64,000 bases of DNA from Candidatus Wolfebacteria bacterium RIFOXYD12_FULL_48_21 (GCA_001793945.1 MGIW01000006.1:202239-266238), one strand, 5' to 3'; shown: positions 9,451 to 18,077, numbered from the stretch's first letter. The notes: generated from the letters alone by a model not told the origin. A program made the numbers and translations.

Positions 9451-9873
9451 ATGAAACTTTTCACCCAACCGATCAAATTTTGCATCGTTGTTGCCACGGT
9501 CACGCTGGGCATTGATCTGTTTTGGCATACATTTGCAACGCATCCTATGGAATCGTTCGACTATTTCACCGTCAAATGGCTGTTGGCGTTTTTTGTGGCG
9601 ACCGTCTTCATCAACCGGCCCAATGTGGTCATCGGGGCGAAAGCGAACTATTTTCGCAATGCCGCATTCGCGGGCGTGTTCAGCTTCTTGATGAGCTTTT
9701 ATTACCGCTGGTGGGAGTTCGCGATGGGGGCGCCACTCGGGTCCCGGGCGCCCGAGATCAATTTCATAGCGCCGAGCCATATGATTTTGTTCGTTATCGT
9801 GTGGTTTTTGGCGCATGCATCGTTTTTCTTCGTTGGCCTGTGGGTTGCGAATAAGGTGATAAAGAAGGCGTAA
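9451..9873 (+). CDS. hypothetical integral membrane protein
   Basis: Four predicted TM segments; immediately downstream of cupredoxin gene. Confidence 0.45.
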   Translation: MKLFTQPIKFCIVVATVTLGIDLFWHTFATHPMESFDYFTVKWLLAFFVATVFINRPNVVIGAKANYFRNAAFAGVFSFLMSFYYRWWEFAMGAPLGSRAPEINFIAPSHMILFVIVWFLAHASFFFVGLWVANKVIKKA

Positions 9874-9884
9874 ATAAGTACAAG

Positions 9885-9915
9885 TATATGGATAAAACCC
9901 GCCGGTCCAATATTG
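9885..9915 (+). terminator. rho-independent terminator
   Basis: aaaacccgccggtccaatattggcgggtttttg. Confidence 0.7.
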
Positions 9916-9929
9916 GCGGGTTTTTGTTG

Positions 9930-9981
9930 TGTAATATTTTCTTTCATATGTATTGACAGAAAATATTACATTGCATATACT
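9930..9981 (+). promoter_or_regulatory. sigma-70 consensus promoter (TTGACA-17-TATACT) embedded in a 12-bp perfect inverted repeat operator
   Basis: TGTAATATTTTC (9930-9941) and GAAAATATTACA (9959-9970) flank the -35 TTGACA at 9953-9958; -10 TATACT at 9976-9981. Confidence 0.6.
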
Positions 9982-9995
9982 GTAAATATAAACCT

Positions 9996-10784
9996 ATGAC
10001 CACATACTACGGGGCATATATTAAAAAAATGCGTGAGCGGGCGAATCTTTCGCAAGATTTTGTTGCAAAGAAGATTGGCGTCTCCCGCCCGACGATCACT
10101 CAAATAGAAAAAGATGAGCGCGAATTAACGCTTGCAGAAGCACAAGGGCTCGCCGATTTGTTTGATATGCGGATAGAAGAGTTTTTGGCGAAAAAGGATG
10201 CTTCAGAGCCCATTGTTGTTCTATCAAAAGCGGCGGTAAAAAAGAAAGAGGACAAGGCAGATATTCGCATCAATGTCCCACAAAAGAACCTCAAGAAATT
10301 CAAGGAGGTGCTTTTGTATGTGCTCGAGAAGGTCGGCGCAAAGCCCAACATTGGGGAAACGGCAATTTATAAATTGCTCTATTTCATCGATTTTGATTTT
10401 TATGAGAAATATGAGGAGCAGTTGATCGGAGCAACATATATCAAAAACAATTACGGTCCTACGCCCGTTGAATTCGCCAAGATAGTTGAAGATATGGAGG
10501 CAAAGGGCGAGCTGGAGCGCATCAAGAGCAAATACTTTGATTACGAACAGAAGAAGTATCTTCCTCGGCGTTCGTCCGATCTTGCCGTATTATCGGCACT
10601 CGAGATCTCTCATATCGATGATGTCTTGAATCGATTGTCAGACAAGAGCGCAAAGGAATTAAGCGATTACTCGCACGGAGATGTTCCTTGGGCTATCGCG
10701 GAAGATAAAAAAGTGATCAGTTACGAGAGCGTGTTCTATCGGGATAAAAACTATTCGGTGAGAAGTTACGACGATGAACTTTGA
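9996..10784 (+). CDS. HTH (XRE) + Panacea/DUF4065 domain protein (SocA/PanA-type antitoxin)
   Basis: N-terminal HTH (LSQDFVAKKIGVSRPTITQIEKDER); C-terminal KLLYFIDFDFYEKYEEQLIGATYIKNNYGPTPVEF typical of DUF4065. Confidence 0.6.
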   Translation: MTTYYGAYIKKMRERANLSQDFVAKKIGVSRPTITQIEKDERELTLAEAQGLADLFDMRIEEFLAKKDASEPIVVLSKAAVKKKEDKADIRINVPQKNLKKFKEVLLYVLEKVGAKPNIGETAIYKLLYFIDFDFYEKYEEQLIGATYIKNNYGPTPVEFAKIVEDMEAKGELERIKSKYFDYEQKKYLPRRSSDLAVLSALEISHIDDVLNRLSDKSAKELSDYSHGDVPWAIAEDKKVISYESVFYRDKNYSVRSYDDEL

Positions 10785-11103
10785 TATAACGCATGGCTTC
10801 GAGCGCGATTGTAAACGACTGGCCAAGCGGTATCGTTCACTCGAGGAAGACATTGGCGAATTAAAGAAGGTGCTTGCGTTATTCCCGGCCGGAAACGGAA
10901 AGCATTTTGCGACCCTTGTTGAAACGGATATGGTTAAGATTATTAAAGCGCGTTTGTTTTGCCGGTACTTGAAAGGATCTTCATTGCGCGTTATCTATGC
11001 CTATAACGAAGAAGCGGAACAAATCAATTTTATCGAGTTGTATTTTAAGGGCGATCAAGAAACGGAAAATGAAGCGAGAATCAAAGCATATCTAAAGGGA
11101 TAA
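10774..11103 (+). CDS. putative toxin partner of the Panacea antitoxin (RelE/ParE-like fold suspected)
   Basis: 109-aa ORF overlapping the antitoxin stop by 11 nt; ...RVIYAYNEEAEQINFIELYFKGDQ resembles RelE-superfamily C-terminus. Confidence 0.4.
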   Translation: MNFDITHGFERDCKRLAKRYRSLEEDIGELKKVLALFPAGNGKHFATLVETDMVKIIKARLFCRYLKGSSLRVIYAYNEEAEQINFIELYFKGDQETENEARIKAYLKG

Positions 11104-11104
11104 G

Positions 11105-11300
11105 CCCTTGTTGTCATTCCGAGTGAAGCCGTACTCGGCGCAACCGAGGAATCTGTAGTAGTTACCATGTTATTAACATAATCCATGACCCAAAGGTTGT
11201 CATTCCGGACTTGCCTCGCGCTGAGCTTGTCGAAGTGATCCGGAATCCAGAGCCTGTGTCATTCCGGCGGAGGCCGGAATCCAGATTTACTATTTTTTAC
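11105..11300. repeat. cluster of MITE-like hairpin units (gtcattcc...ggaatccag family)
   Basis: ttgtcattccgagtgaagccgtactcggcgcaaccgaggaatctg; gtcattccggacttgcc...atccggaatccag; gtcattccggcggaggccggaatccag. Confidence 0.7.
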
Positions 11301-11313
11301 TGCTAAACCACCC

Positions 11314-11339
11314 ATGACCCAAGACGAAGCATTTGCAAT
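11314..11339 (+). repeat. direct repeat copy of the first 26 nt of the helicase gene (atgacccaagacgaagcatttgcaat)
   Basis: Identical to 12170-12195; ~20 nt upstream also similar. Confidence 0.8.
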
Positions 11340-11393
11340 TTTGTACGAGTAATAAACTCGATACTCTGTATCAGATATTATATAATAAAGCTT

Positions 11394-11879
11394 ATGGTGA
11401 ATAATTATGCGTTTATTGATAGCCAAAATCTGAATCTTGCAATTAAAGACCAAGGATGGAATCTTGATTTTGAACGGTTCAGGATTTATTTAAAAGACAA
11501 ATATAGTGTGACAAAGGCGTTTATTTTTATTGGATATATACCAACGAATCAGCCTCTTTATACGGCTTTACAAAAATATGGATATATATTGGTATTCAAA
11601 CCTACGCTTGAATTGCCTGATGGTAGAGTGAAGGGGAATGTTGATGCCGAAATGGTATTGCATACCATGATCGAATATTCGAATTATGAAAAAGCATTAA
11701 TTGTGACGGGGGATGGTGATTTTTATTGTCTAGTGGATCACTTAAAAAACAATGGGAAATTAGCCGGAGTAATGATACCCAATGGGAAGAAATATTCTTC
11801 ATTGCTCAGAACATTTACTGGAGATACTATTTTTATGAATAATCTCAAGGAGAAGTTGGGATATAATAAAAATATGTAA
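11394..11879 (+). CDS. NYN-domain (LabA/PIN-like) ribonuclease family protein
   Basis: AFIDSQNLNLAI...VDAEMVLHTM...ALIVTGDGDF has the acidic-residue pattern of NYN/LabA domains. Confidence 0.7.
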   Translation: MVNNYAFIDSQNLNLAIKDQGWNLDFERFRIYLKDKYSVTKAFIFIGYIPTNQPLYTALQKYGYILVFKPTLELPDGRVKGNVDAEMVLHTMIEYSNYEKALIVTGDGDFYCLVDHLKNNGKLAGVMIPNGKKYSSLLRTFTGDTIFMNNLKEKLGYNKNM

Positions 11880-12009
11880 AAAAAGAGGCATAGCCGCGGG
11901 ACGGAACCCTTTGGTTAGCCTCTCATCGTGATAGTTAAAGTATAACAATTGGTCAATATATGTCAATATAAATCAATCCCGCACCTGCGGGATTTATGCT
12001 ATTATAGGT

Positions 12010-12140
12010 ACACATTTATGACCCTCGCATTGTCATTCCCGTCCTTCGACAAGCTTAGGATAAAACTTCGAGCGGGAATCCAGAGCCTGTGTCATTCCGA
12101 GCGGAGTGGTACTCCATGTAGTCGAGGAATCTGCAGTATT
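12010..12140. repeat. MITE-like hairpin units
   Basis: cattgtcattcccgtccttcgacaagcttaggataaaacttcgagcgggaatccagagcctgtgtcattccgagcggagtggtactccatgtagtcgaggaatctgcag. Confidence 0.7.
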
Positions 12141-12169
12141 CGTAATTTTTACTACAAACCTTATTACCT

Positions 12170-13894
12170 ATGACCCAAGACGAAGCATTTGCAATCTTAA
12201 AGACCGGACGAAATGTGTTTTTGACAGGAGAGCCGGGGAGTGGCAAGTCCCACATGGTCAATCGCTATGTGGAGTATTTGCGGTCCTGCGGGGTTGAACC
12301 GTCCATTACAGCGTCCACGGGCATTGCCGCCACGCACATCGGCGGCATGACGATCCACTCGTGGAGCGGCATCGGGGTACGGACCCGGCTGACCGACCAC
12401 GACCTTGAATTGATGCTCGACAAGGACCGGCTGGTCAAGCGGCTTCGGGCCGCGCGGGTGTTGATCATCGATGAAGTTTCCATGCTTTCGGGCGACACAC
12501 TGGCGGTGGTGGAGCAGGTTTGTCGCGTCTTGCGCGACTCCATAGAGCCCTTTGGAGGGCTTCAGGTGGTCCTGGTGGGCGACTTTTTTCAACTGCCGCC
12601 CATTATGCCAAAAGCCGACCAAGAGCGTGTAAAAACGATTTCTCTCGATGGGGAAGATCAGTGGTCACCCTTTGCATTCATGGGTACGGCGTGGGCAAAA
12701 GCGGACCCGACCATCTGCTATCTGACCGAACAGCATCGGCAGGAAGACACAGAGTTTTTAAAGGCACTTTCGGCCATCCGTCGCGGGGAGGTTACCGACG
12801 AGGTGCGCGAATGTTTTGCGGGCCGGCGTGTGGAGCCCGCCGTTGCGGACGATCATACCAAACTATATACGCACAATTTCGCGGTCGATAAGCTCAACGA
12901 TGCGCGGCTCGCAAAACTGCCGGGCGAGCGGCGCGACTTCGCGATGAAGAGCGAAGGCGCCCCGACGATCGTGGAGGGGTTGAAGCGTGGATGCTTGTCG
13001 CCCGAAACACTTTCGTTGAAATTGGGGGCGAAGGTCATGTTCACCAAAAACAGCGTCGAGGGAAAGTTCGTCAACGGCACCATCGGCGAGGTGGTCGGAT
13101 TTTCGCCCGTTACGGGCTATCCGCAGATCACGATGCACAACGGCAAGACGATCGAACCCGAGTTGGGCGAATGGAGTATCTATGACGGCATGAAGATGCT
13201 TGGCATGATCAAACAAATTCCGCTTCGCCTTGCCTGGGCCATCACGGTCCACAAGAGCCAAGGCATGTCGCTCGATACTGCAATCATGGATCTTTCACAA
13301 GCGTTTGAATACGGACAGGGGTATGTCGCGCTATCACGCGTGCGTACGCTCGCGGGGTTATATCTGTTGGGGTATAACGAACGGGCACTCGAAGTGCATC
13401 CCGATGTGTTTGCGAAGGATATCCAGTTCCGCGCCGCGTCCGAAAAGGCCCGGTATGACTTCGCCGCACTCGGCGAAGAACAAATCGCCGATCTGCAACT
13501 GCAGTTCATCAACACCATCGGCGGAGCCGTGGGCATGGGCATGCAGGCGCCTGCGCCCAAGGTTTCGACCTACGACGCAACGGCCGAGCTGGTCGCGCAG
13601 AAATTGTCGGTTGCCGACATGGCAGAAAAGCGTGGCGTAACCGAAGCCACGATCATCACGCATTTAGAAAAGCTGGTTGCCAATGGAACCCTCGATCCTG
13701 CAGCCGATTTGGAATACCTAAAGCCCGAACGCCGCCGGTTCGTGACCATGCAGGCAGCACTCGAAAAGACCTATAAAAAGAAGGGGAGCATGCTATTAAC
13801 CCCCGCCCAGTCCCTCCTCGGCCCCGGGTTTACCTTTGAGGAATTGCGGGTTGCGAGGCTGTTTTTGGGGAAAACCGAAGATCCGTCATCCTGA
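12170..13894 (+). CDS. Pif1/RecD2-family ATP-dependent DNA helicase with C-terminal HTH_40-type domain
   Basis: Walker A GEPGSGKSH, Walker B LIIDEVSML, motif QHRQ; C-terminal LSVADMAEKRGVTEATIITHLEKLV helix-turn-helix module. Confidence 0.75.
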   Translation: MTQDEAFAILKTGRNVFLTGEPGSGKSHMVNRYVEYLRSCGVEPSITASTGIAATHIGGMTIHSWSGIGVRTRLTDHDLELMLDKDRLVKRLRAARVLIIDEVSMLSGDTLAVVEQVCRVLRDSIEPFGGLQVVLVGDFFQLPPIMPKADQERVKTISLDGEDQWSPFAFMGTAWAKADPTICYLTEQHRQEDTEFLKALSAIRRGEVTDEVRECFAGRRVEPAVADDHTKLYTHNFAVDKLNDARLAKLPGERRDFAMKSEGAPTIVEGLKRGCLSPETLSLKLGAKVMFTKNSVEGKFVNGTIGEVVGFSPVTGYPQITMHNGKTIEPELGEWSIYDGMKMLGMIKQIPLRLAWAITVHKSQGMSLDTAIMDLSQAFEYGQGYVALSRVRTLAGLYLLGYNERALEVHPDVFAKDIQFRAASEKARYDFAALGEEQIADLQLQFINTIGGAVGMGMQAPAPKVSTYDATAELVAQKLSVADMAEKRGVTEATIITHLEKLVANGTLDPAADLEYLKPERRRFVTMQAALEKTYKKKGSMLLTPAQSLLGPGFTFEELRVARLFLGKTEDPSS

Positions 13895-14170
13895 ACTTGT
13901 TTCAGGATCTGGGCGGGGGTCATTCCCGCGAAGGCGGGAATCCAGTATCCCCGCATTGTCATTCCGGCCTCCGAGCCGGAATCCAGTATTTGTGTCATTC
14001 CCGTGAAAACGGGAATCCAGTATCCCCGTATTGTCATACCGGCCCGTTCGACAGGCTCAGGGTAAAACTCCGGCCGGTATCCAGCGCATTGTCATTCCTG
14101 CAAAAGCAGGAATCTACTTCGCATTTTTCGCATTGTCATTCCGGCCTCCGAGCCGGAATCCATCCCCACT
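13895..14170. repeat. tandem array of about seven MITE-like hairpin units
   Basis: Units gtcattcc-[cgcgaaggcg / ggcctccgagcc / cgtgaaaacg / tgcaaaagca]-ggaatccag separated by tatccccgcatt-like linkers; preceded by tcatcctgaacttgtttcaggat hairpin. Confidence 0.8.
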
Positions 14171-14291
14171 CCATAACCGTGAAAACATGCCATTGTACGG
14201 CCACTTTTCACGGTTATGGACGCAAAACCGTGAATGATCGTTTTCGTGACGTTAGTAAAATGGTTGATGCTTTCCAATCCCTCGTACTAAC

Positions 14292-14321
14292 TTGACAGTT
14301 TATTCATGTGTACGCTATTAT
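14292..14321 (+). promoter_or_regulatory. sigma-70-like promoter TTGACA-18-TATTAT upstream of Phd/RelE pair
   Basis: TTGACA 14292-14297, TATTAT 14316-14321, overlapping gtac...gtac palindrome. Confidence 0.5.
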
Positions 14322-14327
14322 GTACAT

Positions 14328-14687
14328 ATGGATAGCAAGACAACAATTTCAATTTCCGAAGCACGGAAGAAAATATTCGATATTGCCACCGAGGTACAGG
14401 CTCCCGGTAAGCACTATACATTAACTGAAAAAGGCCGACCAAAGGCGGTTATTATGTCTGCCGAAGAGTTTGAATCGTGGACGGAGACCATGGAAATCAT
14501 GCGTGAATTTCCTGACATTAAAAAAGATATTGCCCGTGCCGAGCGGGAATATAAGAGTGGTAATTATATAACCCTTGAAGATCTCTTGGAAAAAGAGGGG
14601 TATGTGTTAGCGGGTAAGACATCTAAAAACTATGCAGTATCGGATCATTCTGCCAAAAAGCGTACAAAAGGAGCTCGAAAAGCTTGA
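14328..14687 (+). CDS. Phd/YefM-family antitoxin
   Basis: ISISEARKKIFDIATEV...HYTLTEKGRPKAVIMSAEEFESWTETMEI is the Phd/YefM fold; unusually long C-terminal extension overlapping the toxin start. Confidence 0.6.
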   Translation: MDSKTTISISEARKKIFDIATEVQAPGKHYTLTEKGRPKAVIMSAEEFESWTETMEIMREFPDIKKDIARAEREYKSGNYITLEDLLEKEGYVLAGKTSKNYAVSDHSAKKRTKGARKA

Positions 14688-14883
14688 TAAGAAGATTAGA
14701 ATGCGGGTGATTGTAACCTTGCAGGAATTAAGCAAAGATCCTTTTGCCGGGAAAAAGTTGCAAGGAGAACACGCAGGCCAGTGGTCGGTACGCGCATGGC
14801 CATATCGGGTCATCTACAGGATAAACAAAGGCGAGCTCGTTGTACTTGTTATTCGCATCGCTCATCGGCAAGGAGCGTATTAA
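14632..14883 (+). CDS. RelE/ParE-family toxin
   Basis: MQYRIILPKSVQKELEKL...YRVIYRINKGELVVLVIRIAHRQ. Confidence 0.65.
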   Translation: MQYRIILPKSVQKELEKLDKKIRMRVIVTLQELSKDPFAGKKLQGEHAGQWSVRAWPYRVIYRINKGELVVLVIRIAHRQGAY

Positions 14884-15150
14884 AAACCCCCCCGCATTGT
14901 CATTCCCGCCCATTCGTCCGCCGGCTGGCGGATCAGGGTAAACTCCGGCGGGAATCCGTGGCCTGTGTCATTCCCGTGAAAACGGGAATCCAGTATCCCC
15001 GCATTGTCATCCCGTGCTCCGACACGGGATCCAGATCATGTGTCATTCCCGTGAAAACGGGAATCCAGTATCCCCGCATTGTCATTCCGGACTTGATCCG
15101 GAATCCAGTATTTGTGTCATTCCCGTGAAAACGGGAATCCAGAGTAGAGG
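14884..15150. repeat. tandem array of MITE-like hairpin units
   Basis: gtcattcccgtgaaaacgggaatccagtatccccgcattgtcat... repeated; includes ccgccggctggcgg core hairpin. Confidence 0.8.
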
Positions 15151-15199
15151 GGAAAATGGTACCCGACCCCTTTAATGACAACAAATTATTTCTAATGCA

Positions 15200-15275
15200 A
15201 ACAGATAAGATCCCTCATCCCTGCGGGATTTTTGGTTGGTTTATAAATGGGGTGGGATTTGGTAAGATTGAGTTG
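15200..15275 (+). promoter_or_regulatory. conserved terminator+leader module (copy b): atccctgcgggatttttggttggtttataaatggggtgggatttggtaagattgagttg
   Basis: Hairpin atccc-tgc-gggat plus T-run, followed by a conserved 40-nt tail; related copies at 19725-19770, 20345-20400, 21265-21325 and a partial one at 11965-11995. Confidence 0.6.
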
Positions 15276-15299
15276 TAGTTGAGGTAGTGACGCGTTAAT

Positions 15300-15653
15300 A
15301 TGGAGAAAATCAAAGCACTTACGCAGAAAATTGTTGCATTTCGAGACGAGCGGGATTGGAAGCAATTTCATAACCCCAAAGACGAGGCGTTGTCTTTGGT
15401 TTTGGAAGCAGCTGAAGTTATGGAGCATTTTCAATGGAAATCCGCCGAAGAAATGCAAAAACATGTCACGGATCAAAAGGAGGAAATCGGAGCAGAGCTT
15501 GCAGATGTCTTTTACTGGGTTTTATTAATGAGTCATGATCTCGACATCAATATCGCAGACGCGCTGGAGAACAAAATTAAGAAAAATGCCGAGAAGTATC
15601 CTGTTGAAAAGTCAAAAGGTAGCCATGCAAAATATATCAGGATAGAAAGCTAA
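15300..15653 (+). CDS. MazG-like nucleotide pyrophosphohydrolase (short single-domain form)
   Basis: LTQKIVAFRDERDWKQFHNPKDEALSLVLEAAEVMEHFQWK...ELADVFYWVLLMSHDLDINI...ENKIKKNAEKYP matches the MazG/NTP-PPase fold. Confidence 0.7.
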   Translation: MEKIKALTQKIVAFRDERDWKQFHNPKDEALSLVLEAAEVMEHFQWKSAEEMQKHVTDQKEEIGAELADVFYWVLLMSHDLDINIADALENKIKKNAEKYPVEKSKGSHAKYIRIES

Positions 15654-15670
15654 TAATATTATTGTGATCC

Positions 15671-16462
15671 ATGCCGAGAGAAATTATCATAACAGCAGAA
15701 TACTTTAAGCAATATCGCCGACGGTTGGGGTTTGCCACTCAGGCCGGAGTTAAAAATTTTTTCGGAGCAAAGGACATCGTTCCAGGCGTAGATTTTGATT
15801 ATGTGCAGTATTTAAACGATAGACTTTACGAGATCATTGATCGTATAAATGATGCGTTAGTTGATAGTATAAAGGTTGACAATGTGGACACATTCAAGCG
15901 GGAGCATGTCGATAGGGTTTTTGAAATAATAAAAGATAATAATATTTTGCCCGTATTGAATAATCAAGGAAGGAGACCCGAGGATGTGTACTTCTCTTGG
16001 ATGAGGGGATATGTTATTTCAAATTTATTTTTAAGGGCACTGGAAAGCATATTCGGTGTCGATGCATCGACCATTGAGCTCATCGGCGACGATGATTTGC
16101 GAAGCGTGGAAACTTTTAAGCGAACGCCAAAAGCCGACTTGGAGATTAATCTCGGGGAAAGGGGGCGAATACGAATAGAAATGCAATCGGGCTTTACAGG
16201 AATCAACGACATTAAGCAACATAAAGTCCTTGAGGCAAAAAGAGTTTTTAGTGATATGGGCGTTCATACATTGGCGGTTCATTTTGACCTGTATAACGGC
16301 CAAGCCGCCTTTGTGATGCTCGATGATGTCAGTGAAGATGATGTAAATTGGATTACAAGGCAACAAATGGAGGGACAAACTGTTTTTAACATAGATCAAA
16401 ATAAATTTATCTGGAAGATTACCGAAGATCCGATCAGGTATGCAGACATAATTTTCGAGTAA
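15671..16462 (+). CDS. hypothetical protein, candidate type II restriction endonuclease partnering the C5 methyltransferase
   Basis: 263-aa ORF ending 10 nt before the MTase start; no known motif; call rests on context. Confidence 0.3.
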   Translation: MPREIIITAEYFKQYRRRLGFATQAGVKNFFGAKDIVPGVDFDYVQYLNDRLYEIIDRINDALVDSIKVDNVDTFKREHVDRVFEIIKDNNILPVLNNQGRRPEDVYFSWMRGYVISNLFLRALESIFGVDASTIELIGDDDLRSVETFKRTPKADLEINLGERGRIRIEMQSGFTGINDIKQHKVLEAKRVFSDMGVHTLAVHFDLYNGQAAFVMLDDVSEDDVNWITRQQMEGQTVFNIDQNKFIWKITEDPIRYADIIFE

Positions 16463-16471
16463 GATTTAACC

Positions 16472-17596
16472 ATGGGAAAGATTAAAGTTGTTGATTTATT
16501 TGCGGGAGTGGGGGGATTGAGCTATGGTTTTGCACATGACCCCCATTTTGAAATTGTTGCAGCAAATGAGATATTGCCGAATATGGCAAAGGCTTATTCT
16601 CTGAACCACCCTGGCGTGCGGGTTTACGCCGAGGACATCAAGGATTTTAGTGCAAAAAAAATAGAAAAAGATTTAAAAATAAAACCCTCCGAGATTGATA
16701 TTATCGTGGGCGGCCCCCCTTGTCAGGCCTATTCGACCGTCGGGAAAAGGCTTATTGGCGATCCTCGAGGGCAACTTTTTCAAGAATATTATCGAGTGCT
16801 GAAGGAATTTAATCCAAAGCTTTTTATCTTTGAAAATGTAAAAGGTCTTTTGTCGATGCAAAACGGTGAATTGTTAAAAGCAATCATTGTCTTATTCGAA
16901 TCACTCGGTTACAGGGTTCAGTATAGAGTTTTAAATGCTGCGGATTACGGAGCGCCGCAAATAAGGGAACGGATTATTATTGTCGGATCAAAATTAAAAT
17001 CCGATTTTATATATCCCAAGCAAACCCATTGTGATCCCGTTCGATTGATGGGATTAGCGGGCGCATCTTTAAAGCCTTACCTAACACTTGGAGAGGCTAT
17101 TGGCGATTTGCCTTTTATGAGAAGCGGGGCGGAGAGCTTTGAGTATGCATCGGATCCGCAGAGTGATTTTCAGAGACTTATGCGAAAAGGTTCTCCCGAC
17201 AGGCTGATGGACCATTGCGCGCCAAATAATAATGCTAAGCTGGTTAACATGATGGAGCTTTTGCCCGATGGAGGTACGCCGGAAGATTTGCCCGAGCACT
17301 TGCGGCCGACATCGGGTTTTAAAAATACCTATTGCCGCTTATGGTGGAAAAGGCCTTCGACGACAATAACTAGGAATTTAAGTACACCCTCTTCGTCGAG
17401 GTGTATTCATCCAAAAGCGCCCCGACCTTTGACGACAAGAGAGGGTGCGAGACTCCAATGCTTTCCCGACTCCTATCAATTTTTTGGTTCTCGCAGCGAT
17501 AGAAATCTTCAAATTGGGAATGCGGTCCCAACTTTTTTGGCGAGCGCTATAGCCGCAGCGATTTTAAAAAATTTTAAAGCCGAAGAGCTCATTTAA
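16472..17596 (+). CDS. DNA (cytosine-5)-methyltransferase
   Basis: Motif I DLFAGVGGLSYGF, motif IV GGPPCQAYS, motif VI ENVKGL, motif X-like GNAVP. Confidence 0.9.
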   Translation: MGKIKVVDLFAGVGGLSYGFAHDPHFEIVAANEILPNMAKAYSLNHPGVRVYAEDIKDFSAKKIEKDLKIKPSEIDIIVGGPPCQAYSTVGKRLIGDPRGQLFQEYYRVLKEFNPKLFIFENVKGLLSMQNGELLKAIIVLFESLGYRVQYRVLNAADYGAPQIRERIIIVGSKLKSDFIYPKQTHCDPVRLMGLAGASLKPYLTLGEAIGDLPFMRSGAESFEYASDPQSDFQRLMRKGSPDRLMDHCAPNNNAKLVNMMELLPDGGTPEDLPEHLRPTSGFKNTYCRLWWKRPSTTITRNLSTPSSSRCIHPKAPRPLTTREGARLQCFPDSYQFFGSRSDRNLQIGNAVPTFLASAIAAAILKNFKAEELI

Positions 17597-17717
17597 AAAT
17601 AGACGGATATTTTCTCCAAGGAAAACCGCAGCGAGATATTGGCTGTAGTAAAGGGGAAGGGAAATATGACCACCGAGATTGCCCTGATAAAAATTCTGCG
17701 GGAGGAGAAAATAACCG

Positions 17718-17987
17718 GTTACCGACATGGCAGAAAAGCGTGGCGTAACCGAAACCACGATCATCGCCCATTTGGAAAAGCTGGTTGCCAATGGAACCCT
17801 CGATCCTGCAGCCGATTTGGAATACCTAAAGCCCGAACGCCGACGATTTGTAACTATGCAAGCCGCGCTTGAAAAGACCTACAAAAAGAAGGGGAGCATG
17901 CTATTAACCCCCGCCCAGGCACTCCTTGGGCCTAGTTTTACATTTGAGGAGTTGAGGGTGGCACGGTTGTTTTTAATTACCCCGTGA
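17718..17987 (+). pseudogene. duplicated 3' fragment of the Pif1-like helicase gene (HTH_40 tail), displaced copy
   Basis: MAEKRGVTETTIIAHLEKLVANGTLDPAADLEYLKPERRRFVTMQAALEKTYKKKGSMLLTPAQALLGPSFTFEELRVARLFL is about 95% identical to helicase residues encoded at 13611-13880; lacks the helicase core. Confidence 0.75.
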
Positions 17988-18077
17988 TGAGCGGAGCAGA
18001 TTTTATGGGAGGAGAAAGAGTGGATGAGTTTTTTGAAAATACCTTTTAGCATATTTAGGTAGTTTAACAGCACCTAT

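Noticed and set aside
14292-14327. Longer Phd/YefM start at the ORF-track coordinate 14292
   Set aside because: The ORF-track start is an alternative start codon lying inside the TTGACA -35 box. The ATG at 14328 (MDSKTTISISE) matches the Phd/YefM N-terminus.
13895-15150. The repeat arrays could be a CRISPR locus
   Set aside because: The repeated units are themselves hairpins whose internal sequence varies. The spacers between units are the constant part (tatccccgcatt), not the variable part. No cas genes and no leader are present. The same units occur singly throughout the window.
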